A program made the translations under genes and the position numbers. The notes under the pieces were generated by a model. That model made no database searches and was not told the DNA's origin. It saw only the letters and a list, made by a program, of their open reading frames with translations. Shown here one piece after another: positions 55,345 to 64,000 of a stretch of 64,000 bases of DNA (positions are counted from its first letter, which is position 1; each line of letters starts with the position of its first letter). The stretch is from contig CAWJET010000001.1 of NCBI GenBank assembly GCA_963842085.1, positions 448,001 to 512,000 of the forward strand, read 5' to 3'. The DNA is from an uncultured delta proteobacterium. Its GTDB lineage: Bacteria; Desulfobacterota; Binatia; Binatales; Binataceae.

Positions 55345-56268
55345 TCATGTAGATCCGGATTGCCGAGCGCTCTCGCCCGCGACTTTCTCGCTGTAGAAGC
55401 GGTGAATATTGCTGGAGATGTATTCCAGGCAATCTTCGACAGCAAAATGACCTGAATCCAGGCGGTGCATCTCAGCCTTGGGCAGATCTTTCAAGTAGGC
55501 TTCTCCGCCCTCACGCGTAAAGAAGATGTCATCTTGCCCCCAGAAAATAATCGTCTTGGGTTGACGATCACGCAGCAACGATTGCCATTTCGGATACAGA
55601 GTTACGTTAGTACGGTAGTCATAGAACAAATCCAGTTGGACACGGCGTGCGTTGGGGCGCTCCATGAAGCGGAAGTCCATATTCCAGTTGTCTGGGCTGA
55701 TAAGCTCTGCCCTTTTGTGGCCATGAAGATAGACACCCTTGATCGCGTCGACTTCGAGGAACCCGGCGAGGGGCTTCTCGGTCTCGGGCGTCCGATTCTT
55801 CCAGAGGGCGCCGCGGAACCGGTCCCATGCGCTCGTAAAGCCGACTTCGTAGGCGTTGGTGTTCTGGATAATCAACCATTCAAGCCAATCGGGGTGGCGG
55901 GTCAGCACCCTGAAGCCAACCGGCCCGCCGTAATCCTGAGCGAACAAACCAAAATAATCGAAACCCTTCTGCTCTAAGAAGTTCTCTACGACCTCAGAGA
56001 TTTTATCAAAGGTGTAGGAAAATTTGGCCGGATCCGGCATGTCGCTGTTGCCGAAGCCGGGATAGTCCGGAGCAATGACATGAAACCGATCGGCGAGAGC
56101 GAGGATCAAGTTGCGGTACTGATGCGAGGATGCCGGAAACCCATGAAGCAGTACTAGCTTTGGACTGGCGGGATTGCCGGCCTCTCGGTAGGCAATACCG
56201 AGGCCGTCAACGTTGAGAGCCTTGTATGTAACCTCAGTGGAGGGGTCGGCTGGAGAAATGAGACTCAT
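55345..56268 (-). CDS. Alpha/beta hydrolase (epoxide hydrolase/dehalogenase-like)
   Basis: LLHGFPASS, PDYPGFG, QDYGGP, SGHF. Confidence 0.92.
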   Translation of the reverse strand: MSLISPADPSTEVTYKALNVDGLGIAYREAGNPASPKLVLLHGFPASSHQYRNLILALADRFHVIAPDYPGFGNSDMPDPAKFSYTFDKISEVVENFLEQKGFDYFGLFAQDYGGPVGFRVLTRHPDWLEWLIIQNTNAYEVGFTSAWDRFRGALWKNRTPETEKPLAGFLEVDAIKGVYLHGHKRAELISPDNWNMDFRFMERPNARRVQLDLFYDYRTNVTLYPKWQSLLRDRQPKTIIFWGQDDIFFTREGGEAYLKDLPKAEMHRLDSGHFAVEDCLEYISSNIHRFYSEKVAGESARQSGST

Positions 56269-56568
56269 AACCTTTCTCCTTATGTTCAGCCGGGAAATAA
56301 TTCCGGGGGTTTTCTCAAATTTACCACTGCGCGGTGCCGTTTTCCAGCCAATGGCGGCACGCGGCCGTCAGTTCTCGGTTGGCGGCTGAGTCCTAAATCT
56401 AAATGATCGGATATGCGAGAGTCTGCACCATCTGCCAAACAATCCAGTCGCGGCATCTACGCTGTGAGCCGCCCCGCGACCGCTCCGTAAACTCCGCGCG
56501 CTGTCTACCCTCTAGTTTTGTCCAGGAACACGGTCCGGAACCTAATCCGGAGACAACGGTTTCGCTAG

Positions 56569-56751
56569 GACTGCTTGCTGGAGCGGGGCGGATTCGAACC
56601 GCCGGTGTCGCGAGAAGTCTTTGCCAAGGAAAACCTCGGCGATTGCTTGAGAATTTCCTGTCGAGCTCAGCTAACATCGTCCGGAGAATGAACTCGCCTT
56701 CAGTTCGGCACCCTGCCCGCCATGAACCTCGAATTCCGGTGTCGCGAGAAT
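56569..56751 (-). repeat. 185-bp tRNA-like-ended element downstream of the recombinase
   Basis: Inverted homolog of 34227-34411. Confidence 0.88.
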
Positions 56752-56862
56752 GCGGCTGGGTTGCGAGACTTCCTTCCGACGAAACTCAAGTCGTCCAAGG
56801 CCGCTGGTCGAAGGGCCAATCGGGTGAGCACGAGCCGAAAACGGCCGCTGGTCAGTTGCCGA

Positions 56863-58551
56863 TCATCGGCAGCGTAGGATCTGGCGCTGTTTGGTCCATT
56901 CCAGCGGGAGCGGCGCGGTGTGTTTCAGCGCTTCGGCGGTGAGCGTTGCAGGCTGCGATCCATCACATATGCTTTGGACAATGTCGGGCGCGAGCAGCGC
57001 CAGCGGGATCAGGCGTTTTACGTAACTGTCATAGACGCCTTCCCGGTTGGCGATCTCTCTGATGGAAGCGGTTCTTCCCGAGGCTAATTCATGAAACCAT
57101 CGATGGCCGCGCGCGATCGCCTTGAGCAGGGCGGGGTCGGAGCGCGCGGCACGCGCCGATTCGCCCTCGATGACCAGCCTGATTTCCAACCCGCGTCGCT
57201 TCATCTCGAGCGGTATGAACCGTGTCATCGTCAAGCTGGAAGCGTCGGGGGTCTCGATCGGACCCGTGATCAGTCTCTTCAGATTCAGCGACACCCGGAT
57301 GCCGCCGCGCCCCAGCTGAACTCGATCGATCAGGTTGCTGAGATGGTCGGCGACCTCGGCGTCATCCGCGAGTTGTTTGCTTTTCGTCTCTGCTGTGTCG
57401 AGCGCCGACTGCAACTCGCCGATCGGCACGCCAGCGTCCTGCAGGGTTGCGGCGATCGTGGGCCGGTCTCCGAGCATCTGCCGACTCGCGCTTGCGACTG
57501 CGCACTCGATCTCGGGTGCTGGCAGACGCCACCCATTCTTCGCGTTCTCCGACGACCCCTGGATCACTTTGCGCGAGACGTAGTACCGGTAGCGGCGCGC
57601 GCCCTTGTTGGTGCCGCACGCGTAGAGCGGCTCACCACCTTCGTCGAACAGCTTTCCCGCCAGCGGACTCGACACCGCTCCTCGGTCGATGGTTCGATGA
57701 TGCGCCGCTTGCTCTCGCAGTTGGTGTTGCACGCGTTCCCAGAGCTCTCGATCCACGATTGCCCGATGCTGGCCGGGATGCCGGACCTTGCGGTGCCGGA
57801 TCTCGCCCAAGTAAATCGGGTTGGCGAGCAGTTCATAGAGCGCACCGCGACTGAACGGCTGTCCTCCAGATTTGATCCCTTTGCGGGAGAGCCGGTTTTT
57901 CGACAGGATCCCGTCGCGACTCAGTTCTTCTTGGAGCAGCCGAACCGAGCGAAGTTCGAGATACCGTTCGAAGATGTGGCGGACTGTCGCGGCTTCCGCC
58001 TGATTGACGACCAGACGCCGCTCGCACCAGTCATAACCCAGCGGCACCCTGCCGCCCATCCAGATGCCCTTCTTCTTGGAGGCGGCAATCTTGTCGCGGA
58101 TGCGCTCGCCGGTCACCTCGCGTTCGAACTGGGCGAAGGAGAGCAGCACGTTCAGTGTGAGCCGCCCCATCGAGGTAGTGGTATTGAACTGTTGGGTGAC
58201 GGCCACGAATGAGACGCCGTGGCCGTCGAAGACCTCGACCATTTTCGCGAAGTCCGCCAGCGAACGGGTCAGGCGGTCCACTTTATAGACCACGACTACG
58301 TCGATGAGCTTGTCGCGGATGTCGGATAGCAAGCGCTGCAATCCGGGTCGTTCCATGGTGCCACCGGAGAGCCCGCCGTCGTTATAAGCGGTCTTGACGA
58401 GCTGCCAGCCCTCGCCCGTCTGACTTTTGACAAAGGACTCGCATGCGTCGCGCTGCGCATGGAGCGAGTTGAAGTCCTGCTCCAGTCCTTCTTCCGACGA
58501 CTTTCGAGTGTAGATCGCACAACGTAGCGGCGAGGAGTTAGGCAGCTCCAT
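56863..58551 (-). CDS. Large serine recombinase (resolvase + recombinase domains)
   Basis: CAIYTRKSSEEGL, VYKVDRLTRS, GRLTLNVLLSFAQFERE, GGRVPLGY, NPIYLG. Confidence 0.95.
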   Translation of the reverse strand: MELPNSSPLRCAIYTRKSSEEGLEQDFNSLHAQRDACESFVKSQTGEGWQLVKTAYNDGGLSGGTMERPGLQRLLSDIRDKLIDVVVVYKVDRLTRSLADFAKMVEVFDGHGVSFVAVTQQFNTTTSMGRLTLNVLLSFAQFEREVTGERIRDKIAASKKKGIWMGGRVPLGYDWCERRLVVNQAEAATVRHIFERYLELRSVRLLQEELSRDGILSKNRLSRKGIKSGGQPFSRGALYELLANPIYLGEIRHRKVRHPGQHRAIVDRELWERVQHQLREQAAHHRTIDRGAVSSPLAGKLFDEGGEPLYACGTNKGARRYRYYVSRKVIQGSSENAKNGWRLPAPEIECAVASASRQMLGDRPTIAATLQDAGVPIGELQSALDTAETKSKQLADDAEVADHLSNLIDRVQLGRGGIRVSLNLKRLITGPIETPDASSLTMTRFIPLEMKRRGLEIRLVIEGESARAARSDPALLKAIARGHRWFHELASGRTASIREIANREGVYDSYVKRLIPLALLAPDIVQSICDGSQPATLTAEALKHTAPLPLEWTKQRQILRCR

Positions 58552-59017
58552 CGCGAGCCTCCTCAGCGGGCTTCCGCAGACCAAAGAACAAGGGACCTGA
58601 CCAGCGTGTTCCAGTGATCAGACGGGCGACCTCGGAGAGCGAACCGTAGCGTTTGCCGCGATAGACGACCCCATCATCGTGCACCGTGACCCGATGCGCG
58701 TTGCCCCGCCACTCGCGAATGAGCAAAGTACCGGGAGCTGCTTTGCGAGCCAGATTTGGTCTCGCGCGGTGAGATGCCAGGTCGTCGGCGACGCGTTCGA
58801 GGAGCCGGCGCGTCGCCGGCGCCAGGCCACCGAACTCTCTCTCCTGCAAGCGGTAAGCGATCGCCCGAGTGAGCAACTCGCGGCTGATCCGTGGAGGCGG
58901 TTCGGTGTCGTACAATTCGCGCCAGCGCGATTTCAAGTTCCTGAGGTCCAAGCTGGCCAAGGCCGCGATTTCGGCGGAGATCCGGTCGGCCTGACCGAAG
59001 GAAGATTGCTCTCTCAT
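58538..59017 (-). CDS. DUF2924 family protein
   Basis: IAYRLQE..GGL, PGTLLIREWRG, SLSEVARLITGTRWSGPLFFGL; overlaps the recombinase start. Confidence 0.9.
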   Translation of the reverse strand: MREQSSFGQADRISAEIAALASLDLRNLKSRWRELYDTEPPPRISRELLTRAIAYRLQEREFGGLAPATRRLLERVADDLASHRARPNLARKAAPGTLLIREWRGNAHRVTVHDDGVVYRGKRYGSLSEVARLITGTRWSGPLFFGLRKPAEEARDGAA

Positions 59018-59175
59018 CTGCTTCCTCCTGATTCTCCGGGCCGACATACACATGGCTCGTTGTCCGCCACGCAGCCAGTCCTGCGCGGCTATCGTAGAGG
59101 CGATGCAGCGGCGAAAACCGGTATCCGAGAGGCCGAGCGCTCTCGGGCAAAGAAACCCAGTGCGGCCCCGATTCA

Positions 59176-59646
59176 GTGGATGCGTTACGCCGACTTGAGC
59201 TATCTGTCACCGCCGCTATGGCTGCAGATCAAAGACGCGCTCGAGCAGTTCGCCAGGTCTCCGAAGGCGAGCCGAACTGCCGTCCGCGGAAGATCGTACA
59301 CAAGACCAAACGGCCGGAGCGAGTTGAGCGCGTGATGGAGGTCCGCGCCTTCGTGCTTAAGCTGCTCGCTGAGCAAGGTCGCTGGACGACGCTGTTCCAC
59401 GGTCCGCAGGTGCTGCGCTTCGAAAATTCGCGCTTCTTAATCATGTTCTACATCAAGCCACCCGTGCCGTTGGAACTGCGTGAGCGGTTCCGCATCGGTC
59501 CGCTCGGGTGCGGCCTCTATGGCTTGGAACTCTGGGACAAGCAGATCGGAAAAGTCCTGAATATAGACTGGCAGACCGCGGGGGCGGTGGCGCGGATCGT
59601 CACCTTTAAGCGCGGTGACTGGGAAGAACGCCTGCTGATGGGCTGA
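59176..59646 (+). CDS. Hypothetical protein
   Basis: 156-aa ORF ending GKVLNIDW..FKRGDWE. Confidence 0.55.
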   Translation: MDALRRLELSVTAAMAADQRRARAVRQVSEGEPNCRPRKIVHKTKRPERVERVMEVRAFVLKLLAEQGRWTTLFHGPQVLRFENSRFLIMFYIKPPVPLELRERFRIGPLGCGLYGLELWDKQIGKVLNIDWQTAGAVARIVTFKRGDWEERLLMG

Positions 59647-59850
59647 GTCTCCCGTTCCATCGCGTCCGCTGCAGGCAGTCTGCACTCGTCGCTTCAGATT
59701 CCTCTGAACAGCTTTGACATCGAGATCTTGAGCGCGACTCCGATCACCTCGATTTCCGGAGCGCGACATTGCACTGTTGATCGGACGATCACGATAGAGT
59801 CGAGACCACACTTTGCGGCTACCGCGATGCAAAATCACGACGTACTAATT

Positions 59851-59890
59851 TGGCGAAGCAGGAGGGATTCGAACCGCGGTGTCACGAGAA
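59851..59890 (-). repeat. tRNA-3'-like repeat (third copy of the 185-bp element's end)
   Basis: TTCTCGTGACACCGCGGTTCGAATCCCTCCTGCTTCGCCA. Confidence 0.8.
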
Positions 59891-59957
59891 ATCTGCTATC
59901 GAAGAAAGAGGCGCGGGCACTTCCCGATGCGCTCGCACGCGGCTTCCCAGTCGCTGC

Positions 59958-61712
59958 TCATTTGTTTTGCTCCCACTTCACGAAGCACCCAGGATGCCAA
60001 TGCTTCCCGTTCCTTTCCATCGCAGCACCAAAGATCTGCTGCTTGCAACCGCCGCAAAAACGCACGGCGACCAGCGGCGCCGCTGGCGGTTCGGGTTCGT
60101 CCGGGCCCCAGGGGTCGCCGCCCTTCTGCAAGACGCGTTGTACCCGCTCGTACTCATCCTGCATCGTCGTGTCAGGCACCGGCGGTGGTAGGGATGGATC
60201 CTTTTCCCGGGCCCGCGCTTGTTCCGCCAGTTCTTCCGTAAACACGCTGATCCCGGGACGACGATCAGCGAATGCGAGCATTAGCGCCTCTGCGCGGTCG
60301 GGCGATTTGATGCCGCGCTTCTCCATCGTCGACTTCTTCTCCATCTCGATGAGGCCGCGCAGATTGATCTCGAACCTAAGCGACGCCAACTGCGTGATCA
60401 TGAGGTCGTCCTCGAGTCCCGACACTTTCCCCTGCTCGAAGCGCTCCCGCAGCGACCAGTACAGCTCGTCCTTGAGCCTGGCGAATCGATCAGGGAACCG
60501 GGTCGCTTCACCTACATTTACCGGAGTCACGCTGTGGAAACCGGCCACCTCGAGCGCCTGTCCGAAGTACTCGCCGGGGCCGGCCGAATCATAGTTGATC
60601 TGCGCGACGTAACGCTTGTAGGGCCCGAGGAAGTTGATGACCTGCCCGGTCGAGTGACCGTACCAAGAGCGCCAATTGACGATGCGCCCAGCCTTGGTGC
60701 GAATTACGCAGACCGTCTCGTCACCACCGCCAGCCGCGACGTCAATGCCAACAAACAATCCTTTCTCGTCGCCCTCGACGACGATTGGTTCGCGCGCGGC
60801 CTCGAGCCACTTGAGCGCGATCAGCGCATCCTCGGCCTGCAGCGGGAACTGGCCACGGACTTTCCAAGCCCAGAGCGGGCCGTCTTCGCCCCACTTGACT
60901 AGGTTTTCTTGTGCCCACAGCGGAGTCGCAAGATATGGCCGCGGCGCATACGCGATCGCGGGGTGATCTACCGGCAAGGTCCGCAGAAGGTCGACGATGT
61001 GCTCCTTTCCTTTCCGTTGTCTGACCGGCAAGCTGACATCCATTTGCTCGGCTATCTCACGGAGCTTCTCGAAGTTAGGCGTATCGAACGCGTCGATCGT
61101 AAACGTCTGCCAGTTCGCGCGATTCGTGGTGAATGCATCGTAGAAAGGGCCGCCTGGCGACGACGGATTCCCGAGCAGCAGGATCCGCACGTCGCCGCCA
61201 GCCGCCGCGCCGGAGATAGCGTCATACACTTCGGCTGGTATGCCCGGGGCCTCATCCAGGATGAACAACAGATGGGGAGCCTTGAAGCCGTGAAACTTAA
61301 TGCCCATATCCGACTTGTCCGTGCTGAAGCCCAGCCCGTAGTTGTTGGACCCAATTCTCAGTGATGCCACTCCTGGCTGCGGATATTTCATTCCGCTGCC
61401 GAGGGCGACTGGATTTCGCAACGCCTTCCGAATCTCGCCCCACATAATTTCTTCGACTTGTCGCTGTCCCGGAGCGGTATTAATTGCGATGCCATCTGGG
61501 AAGTAGGTAATGAACCAAAGAATAAGTTGAGCGGCCGTATAGGTCTTTGACGATGAATGGCAGCCCTTGACGGCGACGCGCGCCCGCGGCTTTGCGATCG
61601 CATTAGCCATCGCGATCTGCGTAGACCACCACGGCTTATCGCCGAGCATGTGCTGTGCGAACCAGACGGGATCCTGAATGGACGCGAGCAGTCGCTCCTC
61701 AGCCCCTGTCAT
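59958..61712 (-). CDS. Phage-type terminase large subunit with C-terminal zinc-finger tail
   Basis: KGCHSSSKT (Walker A-like), FILDEA (Walker B), LGNPS, GIDVA..D, SPDRAEAL nuclease motifs. Confidence 0.88.
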   Translation of the reverse strand: MTGAEERLLASIQDPVWFAQHMLGDKPWWSTQIAMANAIAKPRARVAVKGCHSSSKTYTAAQLILWFITYFPDGIAINTAPGQRQVEEIMWGEIRKALRNPVALGSGMKYPQPGVASLRIGSNNYGLGFSTDKSDMGIKFHGFKAPHLLFILDEAPGIPAEVYDAISGAAAGGDVRILLLGNPSSPGGPFYDAFTTNRANWQTFTIDAFDTPNFEKLREIAEQMDVSLPVRQRKGKEHIVDLLRTLPVDHPAIAYAPRPYLATPLWAQENLVKWGEDGPLWAWKVRGQFPLQAEDALIALKWLEAAREPIVVEGDEKGLFVGIDVAAGGGDETVCVIRTKAGRIVNWRSWYGHSTGQVINFLGPYKRYVAQINYDSAGPGEYFGQALEVAGFHSVTPVNVGEATRFPDRFARLKDELYWSLRERFEQGKVSGLEDDLMITQLASLRFEINLRGLIEMEKKSTMEKRGIKSPDRAEALMLAFADRRPGISVFTEELAEQARAREKDPSLPPPVPDTTMQDEYERVQRVLQKGGDPWGPDEPEPPAAPLVAVRFCGGCKQQIFGAAMERNGKHWHPGCFVKWEQNK

Positions 61713-62251
61713 TTATTTCCCTTCTTCTCGGCAGCTCCTTGCAGCCGGCGCAACGCCTCGATCGGGATCAACGCCTCCCCGTCCTTGCCGGTCACCGCCA
61801 CCTTCGCCGGCGCCTTGTAGCCATTGATTTCAGCCTTATGCGCCAGCACCTTGACGCCGACCTCGACGCTGCGCGGATCTCCTTTGCGGATTCCTGACTG
61901 CAGCGACAGGAACATGTCTTCACAGCGTTCGGTGTCGAGCTTGCGAAGCTCAACCGCCTCGGCGTTGGGAAGACGAAGGATTCCGCGCCGAAACGCCCGG
62001 TGAACGGCCTGAGCAGAAATCCTGTACTCTTCTGTAAACCGCGCGGGTTCCGGAATGGGCACCATCGCTTGCTGCTGCCCATGTGCGACACCAACGATGT
62101 GATCTGCAATCATTTGGTAGCTCATGCCGAGCCGCTTCAGGTGTAGCGTCTCGGCCTCGACCCAGCGCGCGATGATACTTCGGTTGGTCAGTTGTCTCGG
62201 CTTGTTGGTCTGGCGAATGGTTCCGTCGGAGTTGCGTGGCTTGTTACGCAT
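61709..62251 (-). CDS. Terminase small subunit-like HTH protein
   Basis: LKRLGMSYQMIAD HTH, VTGKDG tail, coupled to TerL. Confidence 0.7.
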   Translation of the reverse strand: MRNKPRNSDGTIRQTNKPRQLTNRSIIARWVEAETLHLKRLGMSYQMIADHIVGVAHGQQQAMVPIPEPARFTEEYRISAQAVHRAFRRGILRLPNAEAVELRKLDTERCEDMFLSLQSGIRKGDPRSVEVGVKVLAHKAEINGYKAPAKVAVTGKDGEALIPIEALRRLQGAAEKKGNK

Positions 62252-62252
62252 C

Positions 62253-63506
62253 TCACTTCACCAGCTCGGGCTTCAGCCCGAGAACCGAGAGACGCTCAAG
62301 CGTCACCGCCACGTATGCGGGGTCGACTTCAACACCGTAGCCGACGCGATCGAGCTGGTGCGCGGCGAGTAATGTAGAACCGGATCCGCAGAATGGATCG
62401 TACGCCAATTCACCGGCCCTGCTGCTGTTGGCGATCATCCGCGCGATCAGTGCGACCGGCTTGGTGGTGGGATGAAACTCACTGGTCGCTGGCTTGTCGA
62501 CCTGAAAGACCGTGTCCTGTGTCCTATCGTCGCAGAAATAGTGCGGCCCGTTTTCGAGCCATCCATACAAGATCGGCTCATGGCGATAGTGATAGTCGCA
62601 CCGGCCGATCACCATCTGCTGCTTGACCCAAACCAGGTGGTGCTTGAAGGCAAATCCAGCGCGTTCGAAAGCCTCGATGAATCCGCTCAGCAGAGGTCCG
62701 GCTGCGACAGTCGCGTAACATGTCGCTCCCCGTTGCGAGTGTTCTATCGCGAGCGAAAGCGCGTCTCTGAACATCGCGTGCGTCTCGCTCGGCGAGAGCG
62801 AATCGTTGGCAATGCTCTTCTTTACAGAAGTGCCCTTGTGCAGTTGTTGGAGAGCATTATTCTTGCTCTGGACGTAATCGATTCCGTATGGCGGATCAGT
62901 CCAGGTGGATCGAATCAAAGGACCGCCGTCGCGCCAGAGTTTCGCGACCTCTGCCTTGTTGGTGCTGTCGCCACACACGAGCCGGTGTGACCCGATTCGC
63001 CAGAGTTGGTTGCGCGCTGTGCACCACTTTTTCTGCAGTTCAGCCGCTCGTTCGATCTGCGGTTCCGGGTCCAGGATTTCGACCGGCGGCCGAAGCGCCA
63101 GCGCATCTTGTTCAGCTATGCGCGTGAACAACTGTTCGACCGCCTTGCTGTCAGTGCGAACATTGTTCAGAAGTGCCTGAAGCCGCTCCGAGTCGCTCTC
63201 GGCCATGCTGGCCAATGGATCTAGAGTCAGCAGAATCTTGTCGGCTTCCTCTTCAGAGACATCCAGTATCAGGACCGGAACTATCGCCGACGGTGTTGTC
63301 TCCGCACGGAGGTGACCGTCGATCAGTTGCAGCCGACCATCTGCTAATTCCCTTGCAATCAGCGCATCCGCATACCCAACCTCTGCAAGTAACCCGCGCA
63401 GCGCAGCAGCTTGGGCCTTCGGATGGACTCGCCAGTTTTTTGGATTTGCGAGTAAATCTCTCGCGCGTACTCGTCTCAGCTCTTTAATCCGATCTCGTAT
63501 CACCAT
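62253..63506 (-). CDS. ParB-like N-terminus + N6/N4 DNA methyltransferase
   Basis: NPKNWRVH..LIDGHLR; HRLVCGDS, TDPPY, HPTTKP, DPFCGSGSTL. Confidence 0.92.
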   Translation of the reverse strand: MVIRDRIKELRRVRARDLLANPKNWRVHPKAQAAALRGLLAEVGYADALIARELADGRLQLIDGHLRAETTPSAIVPVLILDVSEEEADKILLTLDPLASMAESDSERLQALLNNVRTDSKAVEQLFTRIAEQDALALRPPVEILDPEPQIERAAELQKKWCTARNQLWRIGSHRLVCGDSTNKAEVAKLWRDGGPLIRSTWTDPPYGIDYVQSKNNALQQLHKGTSVKKSIANDSLSPSETHAMFRDALSLAIEHSQRGATCYATVAAGPLLSGFIEAFERAGFAFKHHLVWVKQQMVIGRCDYHYRHEPILYGWLENGPHYFCDDRTQDTVFQVDKPATSEFHPTTKPVALIARMIANSSRAGELAYDPFCGSGSTLLAAHQLDRVGYGVEVDPAYVAVTLERLSVLGLKPELVK

Positions 63507-63542
63507 CTTCCGCCTCCTCCTGCATCCGCGTTTCCCACCTTC

Positions 63543-63598
63543 AAAAAAAACGAGCCCAGCTCGACAACCGCTTTTCTTGCGGCGTCGGACTGGGCTCG
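63543..63598 (-). terminator. Intrinsic terminator-like hairpin just upstream of the MTase-terminase operon
   Basis: CGAGCCCAG...CTGGGCTCG stem followed by T8 on the minus strand, ~37 bp before the ATG. Confidence 0.7.
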
Positions 63599-64000
63599 AG
63601 TCTTTCGATACCCTTGTACTCTTAGATTTTCGTTAAGACGCTCACATGCTTAGTTCCCGCCCTGCAAACTCAGACTAGCAGGACTGGTTGACCGAGTCGA
63701 ATGCCGATCCTGTGAGTGTTGTCGGCAAATCGGCGATCGTAAGATTGACCAGAGCAATGGGATCGAACCCAATGGGTCTAGCTCATTTGTATCGCCAGAT
63801 GGCTTTCACGAGCGCCGATCCTCTTATTGCCTCGTCCAGCTGATCGTGAGTGTAAGCCGGCCATAGGCGACCACGGCTTCGAGCGTGGACTTCTTGGACA
63901 GGTCGTCGGTTAATCCCAGGAGCGACTTAGTTGAGGACGCACAAACCAGACGTATTCAGCTCGGCCGCTCGCAGCCTCTCCCAAGTACCCTATATTAATG

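Noticed and set aside
57091-58212. 373-aa plus-strand ORF
   Set aside because: Antisense shadow of the serine recombinase
63755-63775. GGGTTCGATCCC T-loop-like hairpin on the minus strand
   Set aside because: No acceptor-like tail or match to the repeat consensus; probably chance

Overview
A GC-rich, heavily rearranged bacterial accessory region. The gene styles (double zinc-ribbon AAA adenylate cyclases, MetE-II, squalene-hopene cyclase) suggest a soil lineage such as Binatota, but that is inference only. Intact genes include a TetR/FAD-oxidoreductase pair, a His-rich/zinc-finger/acyl-ACP-desaturase cluster, a CzcCBA-type RND efflux operon, a TIR protein, shc, beta-carbonic anhydrase, a Hanks kinase, MetE-II, an orphan mreB, a HEPN protein, and two paralogous hydrolase-sensor proteins around a cupredoxin. 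These are interleaved with many gene fragments, IS remnants (IS1380, IS21, IS3-like) and three partial tRNAs that look like integration scars. The right end carries an integrative module: ParB-MTase, TerS-like, TerL with a LIM-like zinc-finger tail, DUF2924 and a large serine recombinase, with no portal or capsid gene visible. A family of tRNA-3'-like GTTCGAAT repeats accompanies this module and also appears as a solo 185-bp copy and a 387-bp MITE-like element. Other leads are an RSPP-ending leader ORF before the efflux operon, an XRE regulator followed by a stand-alone copy of its own C-terminal domain, and a duplicated ~255-bp non-coding leader. No CRISPR array, rRNA or intact tRNA was seen. 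All calls were made by eye with no database searches, and some frameshifts may be sequencing errors.
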